A DNA stretch of 64,000 nt from Nemertoderma westbladi (Eukaryota > Animalia > Xenacoelomorpha). Under the pieces are notes generated by a model, which was given only the letters and a program-made list of their open reading frames with translations, did not search any database and was not told where the DNA came from. Where the stretch lies: assembly GCA_032718475.1 (NCBI GenBank), contig JAUCBJ010007727.1, forward strand, positions 1,988 to 65,987. Direction: 5' to 3'. Position numbers and translations under genes: made by a program. Positions 26,097 to 36,100 of this stretch are shown here, one piece after another; positions within the stretch are counted from its first letter, which is position 1; each line of letters begins with the position of its first letter.

Positions 26097-29000
26097 CTAC
26101 ATGTACTCTGTACATCGTCTTCCTCGTCACTTACGTCTAGTGTGCGCACAGGCGCTCGAGTATACCACCCTATCGGCGTTCTGCAGGCGTATGCGTTTCC
26201 CGCTACAACTGCCGATGGTCTGGTTTCCCACACCTGATGTAGGTTGAATTGGTCCGTCCCGATCAGCATTGCTACCGATCTATAATTGACAGGACATTCT
26301 GGTACACCAAGGTGTCTGAAATACTTACGGTCCTCTAGAGATTGTTCCGGCACTGGACCTAGTAGGTTACTAAAGTCCTTCGTGGCCGCAAAGGTTAGAT
26401 CTCTAAAAGGTAACAAAGACCTCTCCCTCTCGCTGTGCTGCGATTTCGGAAGAAGAGAGTCTAAGTCCAACTTAACTCGTGTCACTGGTATTGCACGCTG
26501 TCCGTGCATACTACTTACTGTATAACTGACGTGCTTACCTTGTTTTAGATCCGTCACGACGTCAGCTATCTTTTCGTCCACGTAGCTATGAGATGAGGCT
26601 GAATCTAGAATCGCATAGATCCTCTTGCTCCCCTTTGTGCCAGTAACCTTAATCGGGATTACACTGAATCCCTTCAGTTGATCAGTGGTCAGAAGCGCGA
26701 TCGACGGTTGTTCGTCTCCATTAGAATATTCGTCGTCGTCTTCTGATTCTTCGTCCGACGATCCGGATTGTTCTGAGAAGCAATCCTCAATATGGGTCAC
26801 GAAGGTTGGAGTCGTTTTTGATTCTCGTTTTCTATAGGCCGCATCACATCTCGCTGCTGCTTCCGGGTGTTCCCTGGCGAAGCGTTTCGTCGGCGTGTGG
26901 CTGTCTGTGTGGAGCAGACCGTCGTGGTTGCGTCCACAGGATGGACAAGTGTCAGTATTTGGGCAATCCTTACGCACGTGTCCGTGTCGCGTACACCGCC
27001 AACAAGAGTCCAGTGGCCGTATTTGCAGCCGTCGTTCTTCCGAGTTCAACTCGCGAAATTGTCGACAACCTCGTAACTTGTGACCGATATACCGCTTACC
27101 TAGATGCTCGCAGTATTGGCAGCCACTGAAGTCGGTACCAAGTTGCTGTCTCGTTTGTTTTGTCCCAATGGGCGCAGATACCCTACCTCCGTCCGAGAAT
27201 TGTCGTGATTCCGTCGGTGTGGTGTAAGTGGCCGTCTTAGTGGATGTTGTCTGGGGTTTTTGTCGGTTGGAGGATGGCAATGTGATCCCTTCTGCCACGA
27301 TGTGCTGGTCGGTGTAGTTAGATCGAGTTTCTACTACCGCCTCCCTGGATATTAAAAGGTACACATCTTCTAATTTTAAGAATCCTCCCCGCTCTTCTCG
27401 CTGGTATTCGACCTTCCTCCACTCCCGACGAAGTCGATGGTGGAGTCGTCCTATGATCTTTAATAGGACTGTAGGGGTATTCCCGTAATCAAGTTGTCCA
27501 ATTGATCTTAAGGTAGTGATAGCGTTCTTGATCTCGTCAGCTAGTTTTAGTAAGTCGACGGGTTTAGTGATAGCCCCTCCCTTACAGAGTTCCTCTATTA
27601 CTGACCTGGCCATGCTCACTGTACCTCCGTATATCGAAGTTAAACGATCGTACGCTAGTTCGAAAGCGTCCGGTACACCGACGAAAGTCTCCGCCAAACG
27701 TTTAGGTTCTCCTGACAACGTTTGAAGCAGGTAATTGAACTTCTCCCGTGATGTAAAGGCGCACACGGCGATCTGGGATTCGATATAGTCTACGAAGGTA
27801 TGCCAGTGTTTTGAGCTACCGGAAAACTTCGGTGGTTGTTGTACCGGCAATCCTTGTCTGGCTGCGAATTTCGCTATCTCCTCGGCAACGTCCAGAGTTT
27901 CGCGTCCTTGGTTGGTAGTCTGGTTGATGTTCTCCCTTCTTGGCGCTTTTCCCTGATACGATGTGTGTTTTGAAGGTACCGGTCTTTGTGGTTCCTTCGG
28001 GTGTCTATTGTGTTCGAATTCGGAATTTCTCGAACTGTCGGTGTAACCTTCCTCCAGACGTTCCTCGATCTGAGCCAACTTATTGACAACTGGTCGCAGG
28101 ATGTCGGCGAACTGTTGTGTACTAATTGCGTCCGTTGGTTGTAACGCCTTCTGTGTTGGTGTATTCTGTGGAGGATTGTCTGCAAAGGAGTTGTCTGAAC
28201 GCTCGCGTTTGTATTCATCGGCCGCCCCTGTTCTAAATACCTCGCGTTTCGGGTAATCCGATTCGCTCGAAGTACTACTATCATCCGGATATGGTGGTCG
28301 ACGTGCTCGCGTTCGTTGCGTCGTACGAATTCTAACGGTTCGTTTCGGAACATCGTCCACTGATCTCCGTTGTTCGGTAGGCTCACAAGTCTTCCTCGAA
28401 GTCGTAGATTGCGATGTAAATTGGTTGAATGGTCGCGTCTCCACTGTTCTCCGTTGTTCGGTAGGCTCACAAGTCTTCCTCGAAGTCGTAGATTGCGATG
28501 TAAATTGGTTGAATGGTCGCGTCTCCACTGTTCTCCATTGTTCGGTAGGCTCACAAGTCTTCCTCGAAGTCGTAGATTGCGATGTAAATTGGTTGAATGG
28601 TCGCGTCTCCACTGTTCTCCGTTGTTCGGTAGGCTCACAAGTCTTCCTCGAAGTCGTAGATTGCGATGTAAACTGAATCGGTGGTCGGACGACCGCGTTT
28701 GAATCCAAAGGCCTTGTAGGCCGAAATGTCATTGGGTATTCGTAGTGCGTAACGGGTTTAGGTGTCAAAGGTGGACTCACCTGTTTTGTCGTCAGTAGTG
28801 CAGGTCCGACTAATAAACTACTACGATCTGTAATCGGTGGGTTACTTACCTTGACTTTCGGAATAGGCGACGACGTTGCTCTTGGCGGTGTAAACTTGTC
28901 CGGAATAACAAACCTGTGCTCCGTCACACCATGGATAGGAGAGATATCGCTGCTACCAGCAATCGAAACAGGTTCCTTAGTCGTAACCGGTGCAAACATA

Positions 29001-30487
29001 TGAGTCACCTGTGGGAATCGTTGACACAAGTCCTTTACTAATTGTCGTTCCCGTCCGGGTGCTCCCACGCTTCCTTCTTTCTTTCGTTCCTGAATTTGGC
29101 GATGTCTTACCTCTATCTGGTCCAAGTCATGTCCGTCTCGAGATCTCATTGATCGATCGCGGGCCCTTTGATCCAGATCTTCCTCAGCGTTCGCTAATTC
29201 TCTCGCCTTCTTCTCAAGTTCGAAATGAAGTTTAGCTGTCTTCTCTCGTTGTTCCGTTTGTCGTTGTTGCGCCTCAAATTCTGCTTGTCGTATAGCGGAT
29301 TGAGCCTTTATTTGCCGTGTTTTCATTTCGGCCCGTGCTTCCGAAACTAACCTGTCTCGTTCTAATTCCGCCGCTGCCGCTGCCGCTGCCGCTTGTCGCT
29401 CTGACTCTGCCGCTTGTCGCTCTGACTCGGCCGCTGCCGCTGCCGCTTGTCGCTCTGACTCTGCCGCTGCCGCTGCCGCTTGTCGGGCAATGTCTACCTC
29501 TAACCTTTCTACTTCAGCTGCTTCTAATTCAGCTTGTTCCTGTAGATGAGAGATTCTCGCTTTATTCGCAACGCGTAGCTTCTCTTCCTCTACTGCTGCC
29601 TGCATCACTAGAAGTTGAGCTTGTTCCTCCATTTCTCGTCGTTGTCGGTAGAATTCTTGCTGTTGTCGAGCAACTTCTGACGTAACCATACTTCCCTCGC
29701 CAATTTCGCTACGAATACTTACCAACGATTGATCCAATATTCCTGGTGCCGATTCGATTTGTGCGAGCGAAGTTTCCCTCGTAGCCTCCGGCACGGTTTC
29801 CCAATCTCCGACGTCCTCGCCGCACATGCGTAAGTGATCCGTCAGGTGTTTCAATTGTCCATCCAGTCGGTACAGTTCCTGTTCTTCTTCGGGTTGTAAT
29901 AATTCGTCCGAAACTGACTCACCTAACAACTGATCCGCTTGTTCCTGTTGTATCTGTCTAATCGTCGACTTAAACTGAATCAGTTTCTCTCTAGCGATCA
30001 TTAGTTTCTCGAGGATTCTAAGTTGAGCATCCATGTCCTGTCTCTGTCTAGCTAGATCTTGTAGACCAATTAGGTTATCGACGGACTTGTGTACTCTACT
30101 TTGTACTCTAACCTGGAGGGTGTAGAACTCGAATCGAGACATCGGAGCGGTCAACTCGTCTAATATGCGATGACCTTCTCCAATACTCCTGGTTATATGC
30201 GCCATATATCCTCCGACGCTTCTAACCACACTTTCTGTGCTTCCTGCTGAACTTACCATTTCCGTTTCCCTATATCTAGGTTGCGGAACAGTTAGAAAGT
30301 CCTCGGTCCTGCCGTCGCCTCGTACTACGGCATCCGGTACTCCCGTTGGATGTACTGGTGACGCACACGGTGTAGGTTCGGTAGGCTCGCGAGTCTTCCC
30401 CTGTTGTTCCTCCGCTGCTGACTTATCCGCGTCACACGAGTCATAGTCGGTAGGTGTATTCTTCGTATAGTCTTGTTTGTCACTCAT
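26045..30487 (-). CDS. gag: BEL/Pao Gag and aspartic protease
   Basis: DUF1759-like PKFSG...W..F...EKFNYL, BEL-type triple Cys/His cluster (CQYC..H..C, CWRC..H..C, CPSCGRNHDGLLH), protease AILDSAS, TPIGW. The stop at 26045 lies inside the insertion. Confidence 0.95.
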   Translation of the reverse strand: MSDKQDYTKNTPTDYDSCDADKSAAEEQQGKTREPTEPTPCASPVHPTGVPDAVVRGDGRTEDFLTVPQPRYRETEMVSSAGSTESVVRSVGGYMAHITRSIGEGHRILDELTAPMSRFEFYTLQVRVQSRVHKSVDNLIGLQDLARQRQDMDAQLRILEKLMIAREKLIQFKSTIRQIQQEQADQLLGESVSDELLQPEEEQELYRLDGQLKHLTDHLRMCGEDVGDWETVPEATRETSLAQIESAPGILDQSLVSIRSEIGEGSMVTSEVARQQQEFYRQRREMEEQAQLLVMQAAVEEEKLRVANKARISHLQEQAELEAAEVERLEVDIARQAAAAAAESERQAAAAAAESERQAAESERQAAAAAAAAELERDRLVSEARAEMKTRQIKAQSAIRQAEFEAQQRQTEQREKTAKLHFELEKKARELANAEEDLDQRARDRSMRSRDGHDLDQIEVRHRQIQERKKEGSVGAPGRERQLVKDLCQRFPQVTHMFAPVTTKEPVSIAGSSDISPIHGVTEHRFVIPDKFTPPRATSSPIPKVKVSNPPITDRSSLLVGPALLTTKQVSPPLTPKPVTHYEYPMTFRPTRPLDSNAVVRPPIQFTSQSTTSRKTCEPTEQRRTVETRPFNQFTSQSTTSRKTCEPTEQWRTVETRPFNQFTSQSTTSRKTCEPTEQRRTVETRPFNQFTSQSTTSRKTCEPTEQRRSVDDVPKRTVRIRTTQRTRARRPPYPDDSSTSSESDYPKREVFRTGAADEYKRERSDNSFADNPPQNTPTQKALQPTDAISTQQFADILRPVVNKLAQIEERLEEGYTDSSRNSEFEHNRHPKEPQRPVPSKHTSYQGKAPRRENINQTTNQGRETLDVAEEIAKFAARQGLPVQQPPKFSGSSKHWHTFVDYIESQIAVCAFTSREKFNYLLQTLSGEPKRLAETFVGVPDAFELAYDRLTSIYGGTVSMARSVIEELCKGGAITKPVDLLKLADEIKNAITTLRSIGQLDYGNTPTVLLKIIGRLHHRLRREWRKVEYQREERGGFLKLEDVYLLISREAVVETRSNYTDQHIVAEGITLPSSNRQKPQTTSTKTATYTTPTESRQFSDGGRVSAPIGTKQTRQQLGTDFSGCQYCEHLGKRYIGHKLRGCRQFRELNSEERRLQIRPLDSCWRCTRHGHVRKDCPNTDTCPSCGRNHDGLLHTDSHTPTKRFAREHPEAAARCDAAYRKRESKTTPTFVTHIEDCFSEQSGSSDEESEDDDEYSNGDEQPSIALLTTDQLKGFSVIPIKVTGTKGSKRIYAILDSASSHSYVDEKIADVVTDLKQGKHVSYTVSSMHGQRAIPVTRVKLDLDSLLPKSQHSERERSLLPFRDLTFAATKDFSNLLGPVPEQSLEDRKYFRHLGVPECPVNYRSVAMLIGTDQFNLHQVWETRPSAVVAGNAYACRTPIGWYTRAPVRTLDVSDEEDDVQSTCRLHGRTRTGPYTKKLMM
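28358..28680 (-). repeat. 84-bp in-frame tandem repeat in gag (~3.7 copies)
   Basis: Encodes QFTSQSTTSRKTCEPTEQRRTVETRPFN repeats. Confidence 0.95.
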
Positions 30488-31288
30488 TTCGGTAGTTGTA
30501 AGTCAAGTAAAGTGAGTGTCAAAGTATCGGGTTTACCGTATTTATATCTAAACGGTACTAATTACAGTCTTATAAAATTAGCCTACCGGCCGATTTTATA
30601 GCAGATGGATAAAATTAGCCTAAACGGCCAATTTTACAGCAAATGAATGTCACGGAATAAGTATATAATAAAATTAGCCTAGCGGCCAATTTTATAACAA
30701 ATAAATCGGATAATGATATGCGTTATCAAAAGGTAAATTAAATACAATAATACGGACTAATTCAGCAATGAACAAAGAAATCATACGGAATGCATAAATA
30801 CTTGAGACAGTGGAACCCACAATAATTTTTAACTAATACGGTAATGCCTAACTTATTTATGCAACTTTTCGAACTCACCCACTCCAATAATTCTCCAGAA
30901 AAACAGATTCCCAGATACAAACCGAACGTGAACCTTTCCGTTTTTAACGTTGCGGACGAAACGCGATTTTCCCAACCAAAGTTGTTGAGTTATCTATCTC
31001 CCAAACTTGCTAAACACGGTCTTGCTCCCGTTACAGTCTAGAAATGAGTTCTGAATCCTGAAAAAACAAAAGAGTTAGGTTTTACTTTACGAAAATTTTG
31101 TACCGGTACAATATGGTATTTAAACCCTTTTTAAACACCGGTATTCAATTCCAAAAATATTTTACACGCGGTTCAAATCAAATTTTATTTCAAAATATTA
31201 GCACTTAGCTAATCAAATACAAAATTTTTACCTCAAAATACAAAATTTTCAAATAACTTTAGTCCTACCGAACCGTAGTTCAGTAAAA

Positions 31289-31299
31289 CACATTCCTAC
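31289..31299 (-). promoter_or_regulatory. Primer-binding-site position, non-tRNA type (GTAGGAATGTG)
   Basis: Directly abuts the 5' LTR, lacks TGG, and is the exact complement of minus-strand LTR sequence at 32327-32337. Confidence 0.65.
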
Positions 31300-32733
31300 T
31301 ATTGGAAGAGACGGTAACAATAACTGCAATATCCTACTGTAAAGTTTGTAAATCAAATCATAAATCCGACCTTCTCACCAAAACAGTAAACTCTAAGTAA
31401 GCGAATATATTGCAGTATCGATCTCTTATAACCGGTGAGGCAGAAAACAGTCTACGAGCAGACAAACTTCGATAAAACAAAATCCCGCGCAGCGAATCCT
31501 AAAATCAGGCTGACTCACTGACGGACTAAGGGGCTCGTATACTTTGCCGCGGTGTGATTTATATGGTTTGGGCAAAGGGACGCTAGCTAGGTACAGAGGC
31601 AGATATTTGGAGATGTCTAACTAGCGGGCAAAGCACAGTACGGACAAAGTTAATTTTATATATTTCGAGGTGTAAATAATTTCTAACGCGCGTGTGTTAA
31701 TTCTGAATGGTCAAAACAGTTTTGCTCCTTCACATATATAATTACTGGGTACGGTGTGCATTTTACGAATATTCTAATTTTGTAACTTGTAGGTCCAATA
31801 CTCACGAATGATAAGGTTCCTTCCCCTCTTGCGTATTTCCAGGACTCAAATTCAGGCATAAGGTTAATACTACGCCCAGAATTCGGCAATTTTAGGTACC
31901 AGGTCCCTGATACTAAGAAGAGATGTGTTAGTTTACTACTGTAGGCGTACAGGTACTAATAGCTATCCTAGCTCCTATCTAGAATTTTAGTCACCCAGGT
32001 AGTCCGGGTAACTTCCTATTAGGGCGTTGGCGGGGACACGGTAGATGTTAGTATATCCCTGATAGCCTCAATTTATTTGCGCCTAGTGTAAACTGCCCTA
32101 CCGCCCGAACGGTACAATCCCAATTCAGGTGAAAACACAGCAACCCCCCTAGCCTACAAGTTCTGATGTAATGGACACCGTTGTACGGCAAATAGTCGCA
32201 CACACACCTGTACTTAGCAAGAGTTAAGCGTACAGTTTGCTGCACCCTAACCAATGTGTATGCCTTGTACCGGTGTGCCTACGTCCTATCTGCGTACTAG
32301 TATCTCTGCTCTCTCTCCCTCCCCCCGTAGGAATGTGAAGGTCTACTGTGGGTTTTCCTGAATCAAGACAGTACAGTCCCTATGATGTAATTTTAGGCTT
32401 GCAGCGTGTCACTACGTCTACCTTTTGATCTTTTGGTCTTACACTTAGGTAGCAAGGATCGAACGCTGTCTAACCTTTCAGGCGATGGGCGAATAACTCC
32501 AAATGGTATTGCGGGTTGTCTCTCGTCTACATTCCCGTGATGTTCCCGTTCATTGCTGCGGCCCGATCTCTAGCCGGCCATCCTGTCCCTGAGTTTGTTC
32601 ACCGTAGTGAATCCATAGTAAAACAGATAGAAAAGCTGAGAGAATATTCTGACTTTATTACAGAAGATACAATACAATGTAATCTGAGAATAAACTAAGC
32701 ACGGAATAAACAAATATCAGATAACTGAATAAC

Positions 32734-32913
32734 TGAGAGAATAATAACTAATGAACAAATCGCACCCTTTTATAGCCAATTTGTGCCGCAATCAATCGAG
32801 AAAATTCTCGATTGTTCTATGGGTTCTAACAAGGTTTTAAAGATAGCTATTGGTCCAGCTAATATATAACTTGCACGACATTGGTTACAATCAAATAACT
32901 ACAGCCTCATTGG
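32734..32913 (-). promoter_or_regulatory. Putative LTR Pol II promoter
   Basis: Three CCAAT boxes (32909-13, 32880-84, 32849-53) spaced ~30 bp, TATAAAAG at 32774-32767, and Inr-like TTAGTT/TCAGTT at ~32749 and ~32734. Confidence 0.65.
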
Positions 32914-32970
32914 TACAGACAAATGCAATTAATTTGTAGCGGTTAATTTAAATGAGTTGAAATTCTGCAC

Positions 32971-33057
32971 AAAAAATAATTCGCACTTACTAGGATTCGA
33001 ACTCGATACCTACTACACATATAATTTCCAACGCTCTACCAACTGAGCTACTGAACC
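32971..33057 (-). ncRNA. tRNA-derived Pol III cassette in U3 of the 5' LTR
   Basis: Copy of 17968-18054. Confidence 0.7.
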
Positions 33058-33183
33058 ACTTGACCGATAGATGTACAAATGATAGAACCAATACGAATGA
33101 GAACTCAAAGCAATCTTTACAAAGTTAATTCGAATAAAATAAAATTTTGAAAATCCACGGCATTTAGGGAATATAATTCTATA

Positions 33184-36100
33184 GGCATTCCTTTAGGAAA
33201 CAGAGTGGAAGGGTTTATTGTGGAAGATCACCCATGGTGGTGAACAGGCATTCCTTTAGGAAACAGAGTGGAAGGGTTTACTGTGGAAGATCACCCATGG
33301 TGCTGAACAGGCATTCCTTTAGGAAACAGAGTGGAAGGGTTTACTGTGGAAGATCACCCATGGTGGTGAAGAGGTATTCCTTTAGGAAACAGAGTGGAAT
33401 GGTTTACTGTGGAAGATCACCCATGGTGGTGAACAGGCATTCCTTTAGGAAACAGAGTGGAAGGGTTTACTGTGGAAGATCACCCATGGTGGTGAAGAGG
33501 TATTCCTTTAGGAAACAGAGTGGAATGGTTTACTGTGGAAGATCACCCATGGTGGCGAACAGGCATTCCTTTAGGAAACAGAGTGGAAGGGTTTATTGTG
33601 GAAGATCACCCATGGTGGTGAACAGGCATTCCTTTAGGAAACAGAGTGGAAGGGTTTACTGTGGAAGATCACCCATGGTGCTGAACAGGCATTCCTTTAG
33701 GAAACAGAGTGGAAGGGTTTACTGTGGAAGATCACCCATGGTGGTGAAGGGTATTCCTTTAGGAAACAGAGTGGAATGGTTTACTGTGGAAGATCACCCA
33801 TGGTGGCGAACAGGCATTCCTTTAGGAAACAGAGTGGAGGGGTTTACTGTGAAAGATCACCCATGGTGGTGAACAGGCATTCCTTTAGGAAACAGAGTGG
33901 AGGGGTTTACTGTGAAAGATCACCCATGGTGGCGAACAGGCATTCCTTTAGGAAACAGAGTGGAAGGGTTTACTGTGGAAGATCACCCATGGTGGTGAAC
34001 AGGCATTCCTTTAGGAAACAGAGTGGAGGGGTTTACTGTGAAAGATCACCCATGGTGGTGAACAGGCATTCCTTTAGGAAACAGAGTGGAAGGGTTTAAT
34101 GTGGAAGATCACCCATAGTGCTGAACAGTCATTCCTTTTGGAAACAGAGTGGAAGGGTTTACTGTGGAAGATCACCCATGGTGGTGAACAGGCATTCCTT
34201 TAGGAAACAGAGTGGAGGGGTTTACTGTGAAAGATCACCCATGGTGGTGAACAGGCATTCCTTTAGGAAACAGAGTGGAAGGGTTTACTGTGAAAGATCA
34301 CCCATGGTGGTGAACATGCATTCTTTTAGGAAACAGAGTGGAGGGGTTTACTGTGAAAGATCACCCATGGTGGTGAACAGGCATTCCTTTAGGAAACAGA
34401 GTGGAAGGGTTTACTGTGAAAGATCACCCATGGTGGTGAACATGCATTCTTTTAGGAAACAGAGTGGAGGGGTTTACTGTGAAAGATCACCCATGGTGGT
34501 GAACAGGCATTCCTTTAGGAAACAGAGTGGAAGGGTTTACTGTGAAAGATCACCCATGGTGGTGAACATGCATTCTTTTAGGAAACAGAGTGGAGGGGTT
34601 TACTGTGGAAGATCACCCATGGTGGTGAACAGGCATTCCTTTAGGAAACAGAGTGGAGGGGTTTACTGTGAAAGATCACCCATGGTGGTGAACAGGCATT
34701 CCTTTAGGAAACAGAGTGGAAGGGTTTACTGTGAAAGATCACCCATGGTGGTGAACATGCATTCTTTTAGGAAACAGAGTGGAGGGGTTTACTGTGAAAG
34801 ATCACCCATGGTGGTGAACAGGCATTCCTTTAGGAAACAGAGTGGAAGGGTTTAATGTGGAAGATCACCCATGGTGGTGAACAGGCATTCCTTTAGGAAA
34901 CAGAGTGGAGGGGTTTACTGTGAAAGATCACCCATGGTGGCGAACAGGCATTCCTTTAGGAAACAGAGTGGAAGGGTTTAATGTGGAAGATCACCCATAG
35001 TGCTGAACAGTCATTCCTTTTGGAAACAGAGTGGAAGGGTTTACTGTGGAAGATCACCCATGGTGGTGAACAGGCATTCCTTTAGGAAACAGAGTGGAGG
35101 GGTTTACTGTGAAAGATCACCCATGGTGGTGAACAGGCATTCCTTTAGGAAACAGAGTGGAAGGGTTTACTGTGAAAGATCACCCATGGTGGTGAACATG
35201 CATTCTTTTAGGAAACAGAGTGGAGGGGTTTACTGTGAAAGATCACCCATGGTGGTGAACAGGCATTCCTTTAGGAAACAGAGTGGAAGGGTTTAATGTG
35301 GAAGATCACCCATGGTGGTGAACAGGCATTCCTTTAGGAAACAGAGTGGAGGGGTTTACTGTGAAAGATCACCCATGGTGGCGAACAGGCATTCCTTTAG
35401 GAAACAGAGTGGAAGGGTTTACTGTGGAAGATCACCCATGGTGGTGAACAAGCATTCCTTTAGGAAACAGAGTGGAAGGGTTTAATGTGGAAGATCACCC
35501 ATAGTGCTGAACAGTCATTCCTTTTGGAAACAGAGTGGAAGGGTTTACTGTGGAAGATCACCCATGGTGGTGAACAGGCATTCCTTTAGGAAACAGAGTG
35601 GAAGGGTTTAATGTGGAAGATCACCCATAGTGCTGAACAGTCATTCCTTTTGGAAACAGAGTGGATGGGTTTACTGTGAAAGATCACCCATGGTGGCGAA
35701 CAGGCATTCCTTTAGGAAACAGAGTGGAAGGGTTTACTGTGGAAGATCACCCATTGTGGTGAACAGGCATTCCTTTAGGAAACAGAGTGGAAGGGTTTAC
35801 TGTGGAAGATCACCCATGGTGGTGAACAGGCATTCCTTTAGGAAACAGAGTGGAGGGGTTTACTGTGAAAGATCACCCATGGTGGTGAACAGGCATTCCT
35901 TTAGGAAACAGAGTGGAGGGGTTTACTGTGGAAGATCACCCATGGTGGTGAACAGGCATTCCTTTAGGAAACAGAGTGGAAGGGTTTAATGTGGAAGATC
36001 ACCCATAGTGCTGAACAGTCATTCCTTTTGGAAACAGAGTGGAAGGGTTTACTGTGGAAGATCACCCATGGTGGTGAACAGGCATTCCTTTAGGAAACAG

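Larger units (their letters stand above)
16297..33183 (-). mobile_element. Full-length BEL/Pao LTR retrotransposon (16.9 kb)
   Basis: Two 1884-bp LTRs, 5-bp TSD GGCAT (16292-16296, 33184-33188), gag-PR-RT-RNaseH-IN order with BEL/Pao-specific motifs. Confidence 0.97.
31300..33183 (-). repeat. 5' LTR (1884 bp)
   Basis: Direct repeat of 16297-18180. In element sense it reads TATAGAA...CCAATA. Confidence 0.97.

Noticed and set aside
31291-31297. CATTCCT shared between the PBS region and the satellite at the insertion site
   Set aside because: Only 7 bp, and the clean TSD shows integrase-mediated insertion rather than homology-driven insertion.
32200-32400. Self-cleaving ribozyme releasing the putative primer
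   Set aside because: No CTGANGA/GAAA core and no HDV P1 partner for the G-run. Only a TACTGT/ACAGTA hairpin is visible, which is not enough.
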